From assembly GCA_963697895.1 (NCBI GenBank), contig OY969100.1, positions 576,001-640,000 of the forward strand: 64,000 nt of DNA. The letters are read 5' to 3'. Numbering within the stretch: position 1 is the first letter of the stretch; every line of letters starts with the position of its first letter. The position numbers and the translations under genes were made by a program. The notes beneath the pieces were generated by a model, which ran no database searches, was not told the origin of the DNA, and saw nothing but the letters and a program-made list of their open reading frames with translations. The DNA comes from an uncultured Methanomicrobiales archaeon. GTDB taxonomy: Archaea; Halobacteriota; Methanomicrobia; Methanomicrobiales; Methanospirillaceae. Shown in pieces: positions 62,767 to 64,000 of this stretch.

Positions 62767-63616
62767 AGCAGACTACAATTACTGTTAGACTAATTGAACA
62801 AACAATTATACAAATATTTGATAAATTTCTACAAATATCTGCGATATTGTCATTAATTGAATTATTGTATATTATTGAAAGGCCAACTACAATGCCAACG
62901 ATTACAAAAAAAGAATTAAATAAATATGGTAACCATCGACTCATAGTTGCTCTCTTACAATATTTGTTAATATAATATCCTGAAAACAATGGTTTATAGG
63001 TTTCTAATTTTTGTGAAAAGATATTATAATGGTGGGCGATTTTTTCACCATGATATTCATACTCTTCCCATATTTTAGCAATATTGTCGCTTAAATCAGT
63101 TCTATGTTCATCCAAACTGTGATTAATTTCGGGTTCGTGCCTTCTGCTAAGTCGAAGATTATGATTCATGAAAATGGCTCTTTCAAGATTCTGAGAACTA
63201 TGGCTAAAACTCTCACAATAGTAATAAAATTCAAGTATGCTATCGAGGATTTTGTCTAATTTTACAAAGTAGCCATTATTTATAAAATTTTTAATTTCAT
63301 TGGTCGATAAATATTGATAATCATCTTTATATTCATTCGAATTGTCATGGATAACCCAAATATCAATTAATTTTCCGAAACCTATCCATTTTCTTTCTTG
63401 AATGGGTCGTTGTAGGTTATTTTCAAAAGTATTATTCATTTGTTCAATTTCATTTTGAATATTTTCTCTTTTAATTTTATCCCAATTATCATGAATTTCA
63501 CAATATAATCGTGCAAAATGTTTACAATATTTCAAGTATTCATAAAAAAAAATTGTGAAAATTGATGTCAATAACCCGATAAATAGTGAAGCAATAATCG
63601 CATATGGATCGATCAT
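62726..63616 (-). CDS. membrane-anchored hypothetical protein
   Basis: N-terminal TM, helical middle, two C-terminal TM segments; 296 aa. Confidence 0.65.
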   Translation of the reverse strand: MIDPYAIIASLFIGLLTSIFTIFFYEYLKYCKHFARLYCEIHDNWDKIKRENIQNEIEQMNNTFENNLQRPIQERKWIGFGKLIDIWVIHDNSNEYKDDYQYLSTNEIKNFINNGYFVKLDKILDSILEFYYYCESFSHSSQNLERAIFMNHNLRLSRRHEPEINHSLDEHRTDLSDNIAKIWEEYEYHGEKIAHHYNIFSQKLETYKPLFSGYYINKYCKRATMSRWLPYLFNSFFVIVGIVVGLSIIYNNSINDNIADICRNLSNICIIVCSISLTVIVVCYDDNQDDPKRASI

Positions 63617-63700
63617 TAAAAACTACTGTCTTTTACCAATGATATAATAAAAGTGTGCCGTGTCAATATAGAATAAGGAATCGCACCATCACCGAAGAAG

Positions 63701-63775
<75 letters not shown>

Positions 63776-63855
63776 AAACGTGCTCTCTTTCATTTATTTT
63801 ACTGATAAAAATAGGTTGGGGTTCCGTCCCCCGGGAGATGTTTTATCCGGTTTCT

Positions 63856-64000
63856 TCAGTATATCGGGGTCCCTTCGCGCTCGGTGACCGTCTTGAAGGC
63901 CCCCATCAGCTGGCGGGTGATGGGGCCGGGTTTACCGGACCCGATGCTCCGGCCGTCGATGAGGACGATCGGGGCGACCTCTGCGGCGGTTCCGGTGACG
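63856..64000 (-). CDS. ilvE: branched-chain amino acid aminotransferase, C-terminal part (one apparent frameshift)
   Basis: [20 protein letters not shown] / [26 protein letters not shown]-stop. Confidence 0.8.
   Translation of the reverse strand, partial: VTGTAAEVAPIVLIDGRSIGSGKPGPITRQLMGAFKTVTEREGTPIY

Larger units (their letters stand above)
57100..63700. mobile_element. AT-rich horizontally acquired (defence-like) island at the 3' end of tRNA-Glu; no integrase seen
   Basis: Abrupt drop in GC after ~57.1 kb, return after the tRNA; carries an OLD nuclease and HEPN-like genes. Confidence 0.7.

Noticed and set aside
57100-63700. Intact integrative element or provirus at tRNA-Glu
   Set aside because: No integrase, viral genes or duplicated tRNA 3' end was seen in the window.

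Overview
Archaeal chromosome segment, most likely a Methanomicrobiales methanogen: PCNA-priL, alba, cdrS-ftsZ2, HMf-type histones, RaSEA and a Mhun_1560-type radical SAM protein. Bases ~1-19 kb are conserved core genes ending at tRNA-Ser(TGA). Bases ~19-57 kb are an accessory region of lipoproteins, transporters, hydrolases and small proteins. Bases ~57.1-63.7 kb are a sharply AT-rich island at the 3' end of tRNA-Glu(TTC), carrying an OLD-family ATPase-TOPRIM nuclease and two RxxxxH (HEPN-like) proteins. The most striking unexplained signal is a ~300-bp non-coding element present five times in the same orientation (34.4, 43.0, 48.5, 56.8 and 61.2 kb). Its copies are diverged but almost free of indels, with A/T tracts phased at ~10 bp. 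Two copies sit directly behind two paralogous histone genes, and two tiny basic SKEKI-motif proteins lie between those histones; this may be a chromatin- or topology-organising system. Several single-base frameshifts in ordinary genes (moaA, two permeases, ilvE) look like assembly errors. All alignments and counts were done by eye; no database searches were run.
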